Assembly (NCBI RefSeq): GCF_023055435.1
Contig: NW_025964024.1
Location: forward strand, 4,402,001-4,466,000
DNA length: 64,000 nt
Source: Haliotis rufescens
Taxonomy: Eukaryota
Reading direction: 5' to 3'
Made by a program: the position numbers and the translations under genes. Within the stretch, counting starts at the first letter, position 1, and the number at the start of each line of letters is the position of its first letter. Below are positions 53,368-64,000 of the stretch, piece after piece. The notes beneath the pieces were generated by a model. It was not told the origin of the DNA, searched no databases, and saw only the letters and a program-made list of their open reading frames with translations.

Positions 53368-54979
53368 CAGTTTTTCCTATATTGATTAGAAATCTTGTAC
53401 TTCTTGCATGAAATGCAGCAAAAATATAATATAAAGTGTAAATAACACTAAATCAGTGTTTTAACCAAGTCAGTTTTTAGCTCACCTCATCCAGTGCTGT
53501 TTGTTTTGTTTGTGGCGTTAAAGTTGTACAACTCTGAAATGTAAACTGTTGACTGTGCAGAATGTTTTATAGGGGATTCTAATTGTGTCTCTAAAATGTG
53601 CTCATAAAATCTTAAATTGATTATCATTGTAGCAATAATGGCATCTTCATCATCATTTTTTGGGGTTTTAATTTAATATAAAGTTTCATTTGGCTGTTGG
53701 CATACTTCTTGATTTACTTCCAATGAGCCAGATAAATTGAGATGTACCTGCGATGTAGACTGGTCAACATTTGCAAATGATTATGGGAAATTGCCCAAGA
53801 GTCTGTAAGAGAGATACACTTTTGCCTGGGGTACACGATTCTAGTTCCTCTGATGCACAGTATTCCATTTGATATTTTGAAATTGACTTTTGTAGTGGAA
53901 GTAGATAAACAGACCAACTGACATTTACCAAACAAGAGAATGGCAGAGAAAAATAAAAAAACGGTTTTCTTTAGATTGCAAATTTATTAAATAAATAGTT
54001 TATACTTCTGAAATTCCCATTTATTTGAACTTTACATACAAGACTTGAGGAAGTTCTGAAGAACGTCTAATTACCCTGACATTTGTGGAATATGGCAAGG
54101 ATAGTGATTACCACACAGATGGATTCTCTTGCCGGCTAATTACTGGGAATATATTGTCCTCATAAAGTTGTAATGACGCGCTCACTCATCACGGAAATGT
54201 CAGGTTCCCGTACAGATGTGGCTGGAGTGTGCTAGGCTGCCTAATTAATCAGCTGGCCACAAGCCTCATTTGCCACAATCATCATCTCCTCTTGAAAAAA
54301 GCCTTAAAGATGTTTTACCGGTCTCCCAACATTGACAATGAAGGGACGTCTCCATTCACGACAGGATGGCAATCTATTAACAAGATCATGTGGTCACAAA
54401 CGGAAGCAGCTTACACGTGGACTTTGTCTCAAGTACATGGATAATATACTACTAAAATAAAGTTAGACACCACCTGATTAATTGTAGTAATATGAGAGAA
54501 TCGGGTGGCCCGTTTTTGTTTTGAAGTACATAAGTGAGTGTGGATTTGCCTATTGGTGTTTTCACATCTAACTGATTATGTTCGTGATAATTATCATTCG
54601 TTGTTTTAATAGGGTAGTCATTTACTTATCTTATTATTGTTCCATACTGATTTTATTTGTTTTTAGAAGCCATTGTTTTATCAAGAATTGCTTTCTATAG
54701 ATAATTCATTTTCTAAATCATTGAAATATGTTGTACCTGGTAATATGTGTTGTACCTGAAAAAAAATAATGTTCAATTTTTTTAGATTAGTGGAGTCTGT
54801 GTATTTGATGTGTTTATGAGTAGAGAGGAAAACATCCACACATTCTCAAAGCAAATTTCATTACCTTGGTAATATATATCTATTGTTCGATGCATACTAT
54901 AGACAATACGGACAATATTAAATATACCGCATTTGTCGTATTAAGCACCCTGCTCCTATAAATGCCTCCTGATCAACTT

Positions 54980-55110
54980 GGCGGTTGGGTAGCCTAGTGG
55001 TTAAGCGTTCGCTCGTCAGGCCGAAGACCCGGGTTCGATTCCTGACATGGGTACGTGACATTGCTGGCGTAAAGAGGTGTAAAACTGTACTCACTCACTC
55101 ACTCACTCAC
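54980..55110 (+). mobile_element. SINE family B, internally deleted
   Basis: A/B boxes present; TSD tcctga(t/c)caactt. Confidence 0.85.
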
Positions 55111-55638
55111 TCCTGACCAACTTCTTGCCCTATCTGTAAGTGATCTTTAAGAGCACCCCTTACTGAGACCAAAAAGTTAAGTGACAGTCAATATTTTCTT
55201 GTGTATGTTATAGATTTTTTAACACCATAAACCGCAGTGCAGAAGGTGTGTATAACTGCCTTGTAACTATTATCGCAAAAGTTTTTGTTTCATCAACGTT
55301 AGCTCACAACTGCTCGATCCCTGAAACAAATTTAACTTGTGTTTGTTTTTTATATTCAGTTAGACAATAGGTTGACAGAAAAGTACTTACTCTTCAATAT
55401 TCTCTGGGGCAAGAAAATCTGAAACTGTTAGCACTAATTGGTAGTGGTATTTTATTGTTAGACATACTTTGATAGGCAGCTGAAATCGTGTTGCAGATAT
55501 GTCTGTGTGGTGCCTACAGCAGTGTCTCCTCTAGTACTAGGTACTTAGTATCATGTAGTTTGTAATGGGAGCAACTGAAATGGTCAGTCCAAATGTCAAC
55601 GTGGTGCTGTTCTCATGTTGTGTTGTTTCAAATAAAGA

Positions 55639-55912
55639 GGGGGTTCGGGTGGCCCAGTCGTCTAAGGCGCCGCTATTCGCTGTGCAGAGTTGCGTCCCTT
55701 GGGCATGCCAGAAACCTATGATTGTGGGTTCGAATCCTGATTCACCCCGATTATGTCTCTAGGTTTTTCAGCACCATACCCGTGCTCGTGGGTTTCACCG
55801 AAGTGGTAAACATCTGAGACCTGCATCACTTCAGGCTTTTCTCCAACATTAAGCTGACACTCCGTGATATAACTGGAATACTGTTAAAAACGTCACTCAC
55901 TCACTCACTCAC
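55639..55912 (+). mobile_element. SINE family C with TSD
   Basis: TSD caaataaaga. Confidence 0.85.
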
Positions 55913-56254
55913 ACAAATAAAGATAGATTCTGAGAAGGAAACCAACCCATTGTAAAAACTTAAAAATGAACTGAATAAATAGAAAAAACAAATGTTATTT
56001 TTTAGGTAAAAGACTGGATCTTTTGTAGAGGTTATCCAAATAAACATGTATGTCTGTAGAGGAATATGTATAACACTCATGAAAGATTTTATTTTGGTAA
56101 ACAATCTGCATTTTAATTTATTTGTTAACTATCTAATTACTCACTTCATGAATTTAGATTTCTTTGGATAAACCTGTTTGTGGTTGGGGAGCAACATAGA
56201 CCCCATGTACCCAGTGTCAGTGATAAATGTTTACGCTGATCTTTTGCCTTCAGC

Positions 56255-56420
56255 GGGGCGGTCGGGTAGCCTAGTGGTTAAAGCGTTCTCTTGTCACGCC
56301 GAAGACCCGGGTTCGATTCCAGACATGGGTACAATGTGTGAAGCCCATTTCTGGTGTGCCCCGCTGTGATATTGCTGGAATTTTGCTAAAAGCGGCGTAA
56401 AACCATACTCACCCACCCCT
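56255..56420 (+). mobile_element. SINE family B with TSD
   Basis: TSD ttgccttcagc. Confidence 0.9.
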
Positions 56421-56559
56421 ATTGCCTTCAGCTGATACTGTGTCATAGGGTTCATAGTAGACAAAGAAGCTATGTGTTAAGTAACCTTACTTGTTGTACG
56501 CAGTATATGCACCCATAGACAACTGTATGTGTCCACAGTGGTGATAGCACTGCTGACAA

Positions 56560-56736
56560 TAGACTTGCACAAGTCTCTAATGCAATAAATATTAGTTTTA
56601 TTATAATAAGAACAAGTTGTCCCTACAAGAGACTGGAGTCCCACTACTGTCCACTTATCTAGACTTGCTTATGAGGAGAATAGAATTACTACACATCCAT
56701 GGACTTTTCTTGCAGTACAGCCTTGGAGCAAGGCTA
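56560..56736 (-). mobile_element. Family E copy
   Basis: tagacttgcacaagtct through agccttggagcaaggcta. Confidence 0.75.
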
Positions 56737-56931
56737 TGCTGACTGTGATATACCTCTGATATCACCCTAGTGATTTTGTTTATATCCGGGAATAGCATGA
56801 CCACTAATGTTCCCATATTGACGTCTATATCTGGTGATGGGGAGGACCATCTCTCAACATTGACTGTGACATTCCTCTGATATCACCCCTACTGATTTTG
56901 TTTATATACAGGACCCCCCATGTACCTTTTT

Positions 56932-57186
56932 GGTTTGTTTGTTTGTTTGTTGTTTAATGCCGCACTCAGACAATTGACGGCAGTCTGTAAATAATCAAGT
57001 CTGGACCAGACAATCCACTGATTGACGTCATGAGCATTGATCAACACAGTTGGGATACGATGACATGCATCAACCAAGTCAGCGACCACCCGATCCCTTT
57101 AGTCGCCTCTTAAGACAAGCAAAGTTGCTTTTTATGGCAAGCATGGCTTACTGAAGACCTATTCTACCCCGGAATGTTCATGGGTC
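56932..57186 (-). mobile_element. Family A, full length
   Basis: Reverse complement of the consensus, with degenerate TSD atgtac(c/t)ttt. Confidence 0.85.
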
Positions 57187-57212
57187 AGATGTACTTTTCC
57201 CCACTGTCAGTA

Positions 57213-57755
57213 CATCCTCCTGAGGCAAGGGAGTTAACTGACTATAAAAGTCCAGTTTCCACCCTTGGCGAACAAGGCAGGAATTATGGAGTTACATTTT
57301 GGCTGGACTAACGAGTCTATGCATAGTCCAATCAAAATCGCGCACCGAAATAAAAATCCGGTTAGTAAACTGTTGTGGGATTTCGGTCGATTGCAGGATT
57401 TGCAAAGCATGTGCACCGCCAACTTGTTGTTAACAGATAATTTCCAAGTCTTTTCATGTTTCTAATCAAGGTGCTCACGTGATTTGATGCACTTCATGAA
57501 GTAAGACCCGTTTTATCACAATATAGATCTTGATTATCGATCAGATCGTTTTGACTGGGCGCTGCAGTTTTGATTGAAACAAATGCAAGTGATATGAGAG
57601 GTGGAATCTGATTGGTAGATAGGAGAGGCTTAAAAGGGACATAACTCGTAATAACCATTGGTGGCGCTACGATCGAGCCCAGGAATTCAAGCCTAGTTCG
57701 GCAAGGGTGGAAACTGGACTTTTAAAGTCAGTTAACTCCTTGTCTCGGGAAGATG
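57213..57755. mobile_element. MITE with ~65-bp TIRs
   Basis: ggagttaactgact.taaaagtccagtttccacccttg.cgaac and its reverse complement, with flanking direct repeat tgtcagt. Confidence 0.85.
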
Positions 57756-59002
57756 ATGTCAGTTGTGAACGTGACATTCCTCTGATACAACTCCTTTCGA
57801 CTTTTCTCGTACACTAAGAAATTATGAGAAGTTACAGATGTGCGAGACATCAAGCATGATTAGGCAGGTCAATACAGTATTTTATTTCCCATCTGCTGTG
57901 AGGAAACTATGTTGGGTCTATCATATTTATGACATGTGTCTAATGGATACAAATTTGAAACCTCAGGCGCTAAAGGTCTATAACGTACACATGCACGCAA
58001 ATCTAACACAGAACTTTTAACTTTGAGAAGAGACAGGAGAAGCTTTCCTGCCCATAAACTTACATTTAGGTTTATGGCTGCTGGAGGTGATCTCTGTGGT
58101 CCCTGCCATAACGTACCTCCAGTCTGCTCGGAGTGGTGGCGAGAACCATGGGGCATTGAAACTTATTTAGTCGTCATTGGCATGATTTACAGGTGCACTT
58201 TTCTACTTTAGACATTCTAACATTTTAAATCTCATAGTTTCTGAGGAAGTGCGTCTACTTGTAGCTTCTGAGTAGGTGGTATGGGCACAGGATTGTGCCA
58301 GTTACCTCCCCTGACAAACCTGTTTTATTGGCCATTTAATGTTTCAGTGCTAACACTGGACCAGATCAAAGGTAGTTAAGTAACATTTTTCTAAACATTT
58401 GTTTTATCTGATGCCTGTTGCTTCAAGTGGTTTACAGAACTGACAGGGAAAGTGTCGATATTTTGAACAAATTTAATAACAAAGTCTACAGATTATATGC
58501 AAAGGCGCAGTTGTCAGAGTGTGGCTTAAATACACACAGATTAAATAACATTGTCGTGGAAGGTCCCTCTCCTAAACATGGTAAAAGCTGCTAATTTAAA
58601 GTTTCAGAGTTGTTTTCGAAAGTGGTTGAACACACCTCGTGGTAATGAATATAGAGAGGGTTCATGTACGTCCATTCCTGCTTTATGAATGTATCTGACT
58701 TCTCTATACCGGTCTTGGCAATCGTTTGATAGTGATAGGTATTTGCCTGACTTTCGTATTGCAATTATTGCAATAATGAGTCATGTATTGCGATGTGTAC
58801 CACGATATGCTTACTGTATGTGTTCTTTCGTCTACAATTTGGTCTGAATAATTTCGTCCTAAATAAAAAAGAACATTCCACGTATATTTTTTACAACTTC
58901 ATATTTTGCTGGATGTTGCTATGGTCACAGTGGAGGTATAGTAGACACATTAAATACAGGAAACTGGTCGCAAAATGTTTTGCTTTTTTTATTGCAGCTA
59001 TA

Positions 59003-59196
59003 TGATGGACCAGACAATATATATGATTGATATCAATAGCATTGTTCCACACAATTGGGATCGATGACATGCTTCAAATCAAGTCAGAGAGCCTGACCAC
59101 CCGATCCCATTAGCCACCTCCTATGACATGCATAGTCGCCTTTTAGGGTTAGCATGGGTTGCTGAAGACCTATTCTACCCCGGATCTTTACAGGTC
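59003..59196 (-). mobile_element. Family A, 3'-truncated
   Basis: Reverse complement of the head and body. Confidence 0.8.
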
Positions 59197-59379
59197 TGCA
59201 GCAAGGTGAAGAAGTATTATTTTGATAAATGCAATATACCAGTATTTTTTAAACATATTGTGATACGTATTCATTAGAACTTCATACCATGGTATACCCA
59301 GTATAACGATAATTCAGTGCACCTCTAACATTAGATATTCAGATTTCAGTCTCACATGACCTTGTGCGTGAATGATGGA

Positions 59380-61705
59380 GGTGATATACCACTCTTTGGG
59401 TAGGAACAATAAGTGATATACCATCCTGTGTCTGAACAATAGGTGATATACCACTCTTTGGGTAGGAACAATAAGTGATATACCATCCTGTGTCTGAACA
59501 ATAGGTGATATACCACTCTTTGGGTAGGAACAATAAGTGATATACCATCCTGTGTCTGAACAATAGGTGATATACCACTCTTTGGGTAGGAACAATAAGT
59601 GATATACCATCCTGTGTCTGAACAATAGGTGATATACCACCCTGTGCGTCTAAACGATAGGTGACATACTACCCTGTGGGTCTGAACAATGCAGGTGACA
59701 TACCATCCTGTGTGTCTGAGCAATATTGGGGGGATATACCATCCTGTCAGTCTAAACAATAGGTCATATACCACCATGTGTGTCTGAACAATACAGGTGA
59801 TATACCACCATGTGTGTCTGAACAATACAGGTGATATACCACCATGTGGGTCTGAACAATAAGTGATATATCATCCTGTGTCTGAACAACAGGTGATATA
59901 CCATCCTGTGGGCCTGAAAAAATACAGGTGATATACAATCCTTTGTGTCTGAACAAAACAGGTGAGATACCACCGTGTGGGTCTGAACAATACAGGTGAT
60001 ATACCATCCTCTGGGTCTGAACAATACAGGTGATATACCACATGTAAATCTGAACAAAACAGGTGATATACCATCCTGTGGGTCTGATGAATACAGGTGA
60101 TATACCTCATGTACATCTGAACAAAACAGGTGATATACCACCATGTGTGTCTGAACAATACAGGTGATATCCTACCCTGTGGGTCTGAACAATACAGGTA
60201 ATATACCAGATGTTGGTCTGAACAATACAGGTGATATCCTACCCTGTGGGTCTGAACAATACAGGTAATATACCAGATGTTGGTCTGAACAATACAGGTG
60301 ATATACCAGATGTGGGTCTGAACAATACAGGTAATATACCAGATGTGGGTCTGAACAATACAGGTGATATACCAGATGTGGGTCTGAACAATACAGGTGA
60401 TATCCTACCCTGTGGGTCTGAACAATACAGGTGATATCCTACCCTGTGGGTCTGAACAATACAGGTGATATACACCATGTGGGTCTGAACAATACAGGTG
60501 ATATCCTACCATGTGGGTCTGAACAATACAGGTGATATACCATCCTTTGTGTCTGAACAATACAGGTGATATACCACATGTGGGTCTGAACAATACTGGT
60601 AATATCCTACCCTGTGGGTCTGAACAATACAGGTGATATCCTACCCTGTGGGTCTGAACAATACTGGTGATATCCTAAACCCTTGGGTCTGAACAATACA
60701 GGTGATATCCTACCCTGTGGGTCTGAACAATACTGGTGATATCCTACCCTGTGGATCTGAACAATACAGGTGTTATCCTACCCTGTGGGTCTGAACAATA
60801 CAGGTGATATATCATCCTGTGGGTCTGAACAATACAGGTGATATCCTACCCTGTGGGTCTGAACAATACAGGTGATATACCACATGTGTGTCTGAACAAT
60901 ACAGGTGATATATCATCCTGTGGGTCTGAACAATACAGGTGATATCCTACCCTGTGGATCTGAACAATACAGAGGGGCGGTCGGGTAGCCTAGTCGTTAA
61001 AGCGTTCGCTCGTTAGCCGAAGACCCGGGTTCGAATCCCGACATGGGTACAATGTGTGAAGCCCATTTCTGGTGTCCCCCCGCCGTGATATTGCTGGAAT
61101 ATGCTAAAAGCGGCGTAAAACCATACTCACTCACTCACTCACTGAACAATACAGGTGATATCCTACCCTGTGGGTCTGAACAATACAGGTGATATCCTAC
61201 CCTGTGGGTCTGAACAATACTGGTGATATCCTACCCTGTGGGTCTGAACAATACAGGTGATATCCTACCCTGTGGATCTGAACAATACAGGTGATATCCT
61301 ACCCTGTGGGTCTGAACAATACTGGTGATATCCTACCCTGTGGGTCTGAACAATACTGGTGATATCCTACCCTGTGGATCTGAACAATACAGGTGTTATC
61401 CTACCCTGTGGGTCTGAACAATACAGGTGATATATCATCCTGTGGGTCTGAACAATACTGGTGATATCCTACCCTGTGGGTCTGAACAATACTGGTGATA
61501 TCCTACCCTGTGGGTCTGAACAATACTGGTGATATCCTACCCTGTGGATCTGAACAATACAGGTGATATCCTACCCTGTGTATCTGAACAATACAGGTGA
61601 TATCCTACCCTGTGGGTCTGAACAATACAGGTGATATCCTACCCTGTGGGTCTGAACAATACTGCTGATATCCTACTCTGTGGGTCTGAACAATGCAGGT
61701 AATAT
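59380..61705. repeat. 31-34-bp minisatellite (tctgaacaatacaggtgatatcctaccctgtggg)n; 62-bp dimeric unit at the left end
   Basis: Direct inspection; interrupted by a SINE at 60973. Confidence 0.97.
60973..61141 (+). mobile_element. SINE family B inserted in the 34-bp satellite
   Basis: TSD ctgaacaatacag at 60960-60972 and 61142-61154. Confidence 0.9.
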
Positions 61706-63515
61706 ACACATCGCTGCAGGATTCCCACATGTCCCTGAACCCACTCTCTCACAGTCTGACAAAGATGTATAAGTTGCGTTCTTTACCAATTTTTCTTCCT
61801 TGAGAAAACAGGAAAGTGAAATGGTTTGTGTGACACATTCTGTGTAATCCCAGCCAACGTCATGTTCAGGAGGAAAGCACATATATCACACATAAGCTAT
61901 CACTCTCCCTGTGTAATCCTTTAAACAAAATGTGGGAACGATGTTCATTTTGTCATAGGTCATGGAAGGAACATCTCAAAGAGATGTAAAGAATTTCAAA
62001 ACATAGCTACAACTTTAAATATAAATCTCCTGAACCTTTTTAACTGACATAGCTTTAGAGATGATGATTGCTTCAATTTCTTTTTGTAAATTCTGTGTGT
62101 AAGTTTTGAAGATGAGAAGTGAAAGAAGTGTTGTAAAGTTTTAACCATGTACACTGAGTAGGTTAAAGAGTGTGGGTAATACAAGCCAGAAACTCCCAGC
62201 AAACGCAGCACACAACCCGCGGGACGTGACTCTTCAAGCATATTTCTGTAACAGCTCCTAATTAACACACGAGAAATTTCACAATGTATATTAAACACAA
62301 CTTTTACGTATTGAGCCAGTGTTTATCTTACAACATAGTTTGCGATATTGGATTGGGGGAATTTAATCTACAAGGCAATTTGTTCTCTCATTTCTGTAAT
62401 GGTGTTTTGGTCTTTGGCGTTGAGCTGAGCCTTGACTTCACGTCCAGCCGGAAGTGTGTTTCGTGGGGCTTCACATGTAATTACACCAGTTCAAAGACTC
62501 TGAAAGCATGCTTTTCTTCCACTATCTGTTCAGTAAGTGGGGGAAATGTAATTCCAACAGGCCTTGCATTACCCTCTCAAACACGTTATGGATACCCTTT
62601 AAGATACAACATCCTATAATGGTCGTTGCACACACAGATTTTCTGCTTTGTATCACAAAGTAAACGCCATTATTTGCCGTCTGTTTGTTCTAGTCCATGT
62701 TATCATGCATGGATGCTTAGTGATTTTCAATATCATCTTTCTTTTACTGAAGTTTTACTGTCAGATTAGTTTCAATGGTAAACACATAAAACTTTAATGC
62801 ATCATTGTTAGAATTTTATGTCGTTTAAAATGTTTTTATTGATAATGTTTATGTTGGACGTAAACATGATAAATATGCTGTTATTGCATTGCAATAATTG
62901 GTTGTAGATTATGTGTATGATTGAACTCATTATGATTGAAGGATTATGTAAACAAGGAGGTCGTATGGTTAATTGCAGTATTTCATGGTTTGAAATAAAA
63001 GCTTTTAGTTGGATGATATGGGTCGTATCCTACTGGGTACACGTGAGCCCCGCACACATACCGGTACTCCTGGCAAGCCAACCACAGCCTCCCCCACATC
63101 TTGTGTTGCACAAAGTAATGGATCAACCACACTGCTTTGTTCTCCGATTGTTATCCAGTAATATTTATTGGCTGCTAGGACCTGCAATTGTTTTCTAATA
63201 CATACAATACTTGGAATATGCTCACTCTAAAAATCATTTATCAGACCAGACCAATTTAGAAAAAAAAAATTTACCTAACTTTTTGCAAATAATGTATAAA
63301 TAAATGTTATGTTTAAATGGTTTTTAAATTTTTTGAAATGTTTTTGTGTATACTTATAGTTAAAACTACCCTTGATTCAGCCCTGGCCACATTTTTTTCT
63401 TTTTCTATGCTGACTACGAAAATCTGGGGAACAAGAAATTATATTGGACTGGACACATTAATAATCATTATTCTCTCAAATGATGTGAACCCAGCATGTT
63501 GTCTGATGTATTAAA

Positions 63516-63629
63516 GGGCGGTGGGGTAGCCTAGTGGTTAAAGCGTTGGCTTGTCATTTTCCGGTGTCCCCCACCGTGATATTGCTGGAATATTGCTAAA
63601 AGCGGTGTAAAACCATACTCACTCACTTG
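63516..63629 (+). mobile_element. SINE family B, internally deleted, with TSD
   Basis: TSD ctgatgtattaaa. Confidence 0.85.
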
Positions 63630-64000
63630 CTGATGTATTAAACTTAATAACTGTAAATATTTTTTTGGTAATTTTTTTTACAATTAATTGCTGTAATTTA
63701 TCTCTTTACTTTAAGTTTAACTGGTTTTATATGTTCTAAAAATATGTTCTAACCAAGATGTTTAGAGTGCTTGTGACACTGATTTCAACATTCAACATTA
63801 AGTAATTATCTGATCATTATACACTTTTACCCACAACTGAAGCCGCCATTTTGATTTTGATTTCCAAGTAAGAATACACGTGCTGATTGAATTTGTAATT
63901 TTGGCACATATTTCCTCGAAACTGCCGGATTTTTATAGGCAATGGGCAGGGTCTGATAACCTCTTAATCAATTGACACTGGCCTTTTGATCATTCCGACT

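Noticed and set aside
58793-58832. CTTICLLYVFFR as a candidate TMEM135 exon 6
   Set aside because: No acceptor or correctly phased donor. Exon 6, like exon 1, probably lies outside the window.
11833-63629. tRNA genes
   Set aside because: All tRNA-like A/B-box sequences are SINE heads followed by SINE bodies, tails and TSDs.

Overview
Repeat-rich animal genomic DNA, most likely a gastropod mollusc (abalone-like SINE repertoire; inference). The whole window lies inside one + strand gene, TMEM135 (peroxisomal/mitochondrial membrane protein). Five small GT-AG exons are visible: 894-1021, 5877-5966, 6645-6734, 30380-30413 and 50050-50115. They are separated by introns of up to ~24 kb. The key observation is that the exon equivalent to vertebrate exon 3 is present twice, as two divergent, intact, 90-nt, same-phase paralogues. 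The 678-nt intron between them can fold into two long stems, which suggests RNA-structure-controlled mutually exclusive splicing. The introns contain at least 13 unrelated mini/microsatellite arrays, four SINE-like families (several copies with target-site duplications), a decayed mariner transposase whose coding sequence seeded a 76-bp satellite, a Penelope-like inverted repeat with a degenerate hammerhead-like motif, several MITEs and a decayed LINE. All long ORFs in the supplied track are tandem-repeat artefacts.
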